Shown: positions 28,525-31,899 of the stretch, piece after piece | Position numbering within the stretch: position 1 is the first letter of the stretch | Layout: every line of letters begins with the position of its first letter | NCBI GenBank assembly: GCA_040326155.1 | Contig: JBEQLE010000047.1 | Coordinates: forward strand, 1-31,899 | Source: Leptospirales bacterium | GTDB lineage: Bacteria; Spirochaetota; Leptospiria; Turneriellales; JAOUFE01 | DNA length: 31,899 nucleotides | Direction: 5' to 3' | Made by a program: the position numbers and the translations under genes | Notes under the pieces: generated by a model | Databases searched by the model: none | What the model saw: the letters and a program-made list of their open reading frames with translations, nothing else | Told to the model about the DNA's origin: nothing

Positions 28525-28551
28525 ATATCGTCCAATTTCAATTAAAATTTA
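28525..28551 (-). promoter_or_regulatory. putative sigma28 (FliA) promoter
   Basis: Minus strand reads TAAA-N15-GACGATAT against the consensus TAAA-N15-GCCGATAA. It lies 7 nt before ATG 28517, upstream of the fliM-containing unit. Confidence 0.6.
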
Positions 28552-28576
28552 GCGAAATTAGGAACAAGAGTAGCTA

Positions 28577-28930
28577 AGGGGGGCAGGTCTGCCCCCTCGT
28601 TCCAAATTTTTATTTTATTTTTCAAATAAAAAAAAAGATTTTTCACTACCCCCTGCGTTTTTTACTGGTTTTCCAGCCTGGAAAAACCCGACAGACCATC
28701 GCCCCTATCGGTTTCTAAATTCCCGTTCGTGGAATTTGAAGGACCTTGCAGGCTGACGCTACCGCTTTCGCCTGCTACGGCCGACCGCTATCGGGACTCA
28801 AGCCAAAAACCGCAGGATTTTTTTGTATAGAATACCACGAAGCTGGTTTTTCCCCGGGTTTTCGTTCGAAAAACCCGAAAGACCATCGTCCCTTTCGCTA
28901 CCGCTATCGGGACTCAAGCCAAAACCACGC
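28577..28930. repeat. stack of hairpins with internal direct duplication (REP/MITE-like or structured RNA)
   Basis: GAAAAACCCGA(C/A)AGACCATCG(C/T)CCCT and ACCGCTATCGGGACTCAAGCCAAAA each occur twice, with several GC-rich stems. Confidence 0.8.
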
Positions 28931-29015
28931 TTTTTGAAAACAAATTACTTTAAACTATTATCGAACGAAGCGACACAAAAAAACCGAAGGATTTTTTTGT
29001 GGACTAAAGATTTTA

Positions 29016-30701
29016 CTAAATAAATAGCAGAGTCTCGAGCGATTTCAGGTTGTCCTGGGGGCGTGAATATAGGCGGCTTTGTAATATGGGTTGAACATCG
29101 AGGAATTCATTTTTTAATTTTTTGTGAAAACGTTTATCGAGTTTCCAGAGGGAGTCTTTTTCCATACCGTCTAAGATTAAGAAATAACGATCGGGGATAA
29201 TTTCTGACATGTAATTGATAGTGCCAATTGTCTCTTCTAGTGTGTCTTTGATAATCCTTTTCATTGAATCGTAACCAAAATCTTCCAGCAGGTTTCTTAA
29301 TTCCGTTGCGTTTGTAATGTAAACCGTATAAACAGAGTAGGGCAGGTTGTTTTTTTCAACCTTGTCCTCTCTTGCTCTAAGCAGAGATTGAACAGCGTGC
29401 AGGGGTTTCGCTTCAGATCTAAATTGCTCAGAGTGCAATGATTCTCCGAGTATCTCAATTCGAGAAAACCAGAAGTAGTTCAGTAGAACAGTATAGGCAT
29501 GGTTCATTTTTCGGGAGTCGACGCTGTCCACAACATCGAATAACAGGAAAACTCCTTCCAATACACCATGCATATGGAAGGGAAGAATGTGAACATCATT
29601 CAAGATTGCACCATCTTCAGCAGAAAAATATCTCATAAAAGTCGTATCATCTCTAAAATCTTTAAAATGATACCATGTGTTTTTATTTTTTGCTGCAATT
29701 AGCCAGGGGTCCACAATATTAATTTCGAATTGGTTCGTAGTCTCTTCTTGAAATCCTTTTTGTGAATGAGAGACAAAGTCATTTTCTTCTTTAATAAAAA
29801 ACATGTAGGTGTTAAAATGAAAAAGACGATCCAGAAAATCTTGAAGAATGGATTGAGCTTCGGGCAAGTCCGCAGCGTATTGGATACGATTTTGAAAATA
29901 GACAAACTCGTTAAATTGCGCTTCGCGGTCAATCCAGCTTTGTTTATGGAAATCCATAAAAGATATTCTTTCAATTGTATTCCGAAAGGAGCCAATTAGC
30001 TCGCCCAGCAATTTTAAGTATAGCAGATCGTCCGGGTGAAAATCTCTTGAAATGGGTTTTCCAACAATTATAAAACCAGCAAGACTGGAGTAGTTTAATA
30101 TGGGAACCACCAATTCAGAATGCAGTGTCTTTAATAAGGTTTGTTCATCGCCAACAATACGGTTGATGATCTCTCTGGAATAATGGATGGCAAGGTCTTT
30201 TTCAAGTACCCTTTCTATACCCGAACGTTTCGACAATTGAAAATCTTCAGGAATAATAAACCCTTTTGTCGCTTTTAGTATGGTACGATTATCTTCTTTA
30301 AAAAAGACAGCAATTTCTTTTATCCCCACCTGGCCTAGAATACTATAAATAATAGAGCTCCATAAATCTTCTTCACTTTCGAGCGTTGCGAGTTCTTTGC
30401 AGACTTCCAGCAGGTTTAATAGTGACTCAAGTCGGTTTTGCAGCGGAAAAACACTATCGACTGGCAAAGTGTGAGATTCTATGTCCTGACCTAGCAGGTA
30501 AGGGGAAAGCTCATCTTGCTCCGCATTGACCGGAGAGAGAAGGTCTTCTGTACTGATTTTCCTTTTTTTTTGCAGTTTATCGGAAAAATCTTTTTCGTAG
30601 GCTTCTTCAGGCGATAGTTCCGGCGGCAACTCTTTGGAGAGAACGGGCGCAAGACTTCCGGTTTTTTCATTTGCTGCTATGGCTTTATTTTTTAAACCCA
30701 T
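29016..30701 (-). CDS. GAF-domain protein with probable degenerate GGDEF-like C-terminal domain
   Basis: Two GAF-like segments (LVVPIL...GFIIVG...FHPDDLLYL and ILPFHMHGVLEGVFLL). C-terminal PYSVYTVYI...FGYD...DRYFLIL pattern. Confidence 0.7.
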   Translation of the reverse strand: MGLKNKAIAANEKTGSLAPVLSKELPPELSPEEAYEKDFSDKLQKKRKISTEDLLSPVNAEQDELSPYLLGQDIESHTLPVDSVFPLQNRLESLLNLLEVCKELATLESEEDLWSSIIYSILGQVGIKEIAVFFKEDNRTILKATKGFIIPEDFQLSKRSGIERVLEKDLAIHYSREIINRIVGDEQTLLKTLHSELVVPILNYSSLAGFIIVGKPISRDFHPDDLLYLKLLGELIGSFRNTIERISFMDFHKQSWIDREAQFNEFVYFQNRIQYAADLPEAQSILQDFLDRLFHFNTYMFFIKEENDFVSHSQKGFQEETTNQFEINIVDPWLIAAKNKNTWYHFKDFRDDTTFMRYFSAEDGAILNDVHILPFHMHGVLEGVFLLFDVVDSVDSRKMNHAYTVLLNYFWFSRIEILGESLHSEQFRSEAKPLHAVQSLLRAREDKVEKNNLPYSVYTVYITNATELRNLLEDFGYDSMKRIIKDTLEETIGTINYMSEIIPDRYFLILDGMEKDSLWKLDKRFHKKLKNEFLDVQPILQSRLYSRPQDNLKSLETLLFI

Positions 30702-31898
30702 TTATAATCCCAGATCACCCATCACCTTTTGGTATAATTTAAAATACTCTGTTTTCGAAAAATTATCAATAATGTCATCCGGTAATTCGCCAAGTAGGTT
30801 GTCGAGGTAGGCAATAACACTTTTTAGTTCATCCCGGTTTGGAGTCCCCGTATGGTCTTCGCCACGAAATTCAACTTTCCCTTCTGACGTATCAATTGTC
30901 TCTTCTGGTTCCGGAGAAGGGGTTGCTTCATCTGGTTCTTCAATAGCAAATTCATGTTCGGCTACATCTTGTATTGGCTCATCAGGGATAATTTCAATTT
31001 CCCAATCATCCTCTTCATCAAAAGAGTCACTTTCATTCTCAACCTGGTCCGAGGCAAGTTGTTCTTCTTCAGCAGGTTCTTCCGGTTCATCCATTTCAAC
31101 CGGTATTTCAATATCTTTTTTTCCTTCTATAATGTCGTCAAATTCATCCTGGGGTAAATCGATTGGTCCAATCTCTTTATTGAAATCAACCAGACTACCT
31201 TCTTGCGATTCGGGCGGTGGCGTAGTCGCTGTGTTTTGCGTCCCAATCTCATCATCTCCATCGACAATGGAGTCAAATTCATCTACCGATAGCGAAATCG
31301 GCTTTTCACTGTCTACGAGTTCTTCTATTCCAGCCGGGGGTAGTATCGTCTCAGCAGGTGAATCTTCCAATATTGGATGAAAATTCATAGTTTCCTTTTC
31401 AGTTGTGTCTGCTTGAGTCGGCACCGGAGCAGATGCCATGTCGACTTCTTCTTCCACTGAAGTATCAGGCTCTTGTGTTATCATCTCTTCAGGTGCAACT
31501 TCGTCTGTCTCTTCTAGTATGGAGTCAAATTCATCATCGGAGAGTGCTATGGGGCCTTCGTCTTCTTCTTCCTTGAAAAAGTCAGTTGTTTCTCCTGTAT
31601 CTGGTGTATCCGATATTTGTTCTGATATTTCGTCCGATGTTTCCAGACTTTGTTCTGCTGGTGTTGCTTCGTCCAACTCATCTAAAGAGAGCTCTTCTTC
31701 CAGGGGAGCCATCGGCTCTTGGGGTATCATTTCTTCAGGTGAAACTTCGTCTGCCTCTTCTAATATGGTGTCAAATTCGTCATCGGAGAGCGCTATGGGG
31801 CCTTCGTCTTCCTCTTCCTTGAAAAAGTCAGTTGTTTCTTCTGTATTTGTTGTATCCGATATTTGTTCTGGTGTTTCGTCCGATGTTTCCAGACTTTG
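30702..31898 (-). CDS. highly acidic repeat protein, 5'-truncated by window edge
   Basis: The frame stays open past ATG 31730 to the window end (QSLETSDETPEQ...GPIALSDDEFDTIL). Helical C-terminus ELKSVIAYLDNLLGELPDD...YFKLYQKVMGDLGL. Confidence 0.85.
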   Translation of the reverse strand, partial: QSLETSDETPEQISDTTNTEETTDFFKEEEDEGPIALSDDEFDTILEEADEVSPEEMIPQEPMAPLEEELSLDELDEATPAEQSLETSDEISEQISDTPDTGETTDFFKEEEDEGPIALSDDEFDSILEETDEVAPEEMITQEPDTSVEEEVDMASAPVPTQADTTEKETMNFHPILEDSPAETILPPAGIEELVDSEKPISLSVDEFDSIVDGDDEIGTQNTATTPPPESQEGSLVDFNKEIGPIDLPQDEFDDIIEGKKDIEIPVEMDEPEEPAEEEQLASDQVENESDSFDEEDDWEIEIIPDEPIQDVAEHEFAIEEPDEATPSPEPEETIDTSEGKVEFRGEDHTGTPNRDELKSVIAYLDNLLGELPDDIIDNFSKTEYFKLYQKVMGDLGL

Positions 31899-31899
31899 T
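31468..31899. repeat. 246-bp in-frame tandem repeat (82 aa), at least 1.75 copies
   Basis: The copy starting at 31468 realigns at 31714, e.g. GGGGCCTTCGTCTTC and TCCTTGAAAAAGTCAGTTGTTTCT occur in both. Confidence 0.92.

Noticed and set aside
28746..29023. Short plus-strand ORFs of 63 and 66 aa
   Set aside because: They are translations of the hairpin repeat with TTG starts and no RBS or recognisable domain.

Overview
Chromosomal segment from an AT-rich bacterium, most likely a Leptospirales-type spirochete. The inference rests on fliM, spirochete-style lipoboxes, a LipL31-like protein and several hypotheticals resembling Leptospira proteins as I recall them. It holds about 29 CDS, mostly housekeeping and envelope genes: gpsA, LpxL-type acyltransferase, cysQ, metF, ccmC, trmL, mfd, CCA-adding enzyme, prepilin peptidase, dus and fliM. 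The first and last CDS are cut by the window edges. Two accessory modules sit among them. One is an XRE-HTH/HipA toxin-antitoxin pair preceded by four regularly spaced operator-like repeats. The other is an orphan 3TM-holin plus signal-less amidase-SH3 cassette with its own promoter and no prophage context. Non-coding highlights are two copies of a ~135-bp inverted-repeat element built from 9-bp units (plus remnants), a ~360-bp stack of nested hairpins with an internal duplication upstream of the fliM operon, and two sigma28-like promoters whose -10 boxes each lie exactly 7 nt before an ATG. The last gene encodes a very acidic repeat protein with LSxDEhD motifs resembling the FliM CheY-binding peptide. 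I saw no tRNA, rRNA, CRISPR array or transposase.
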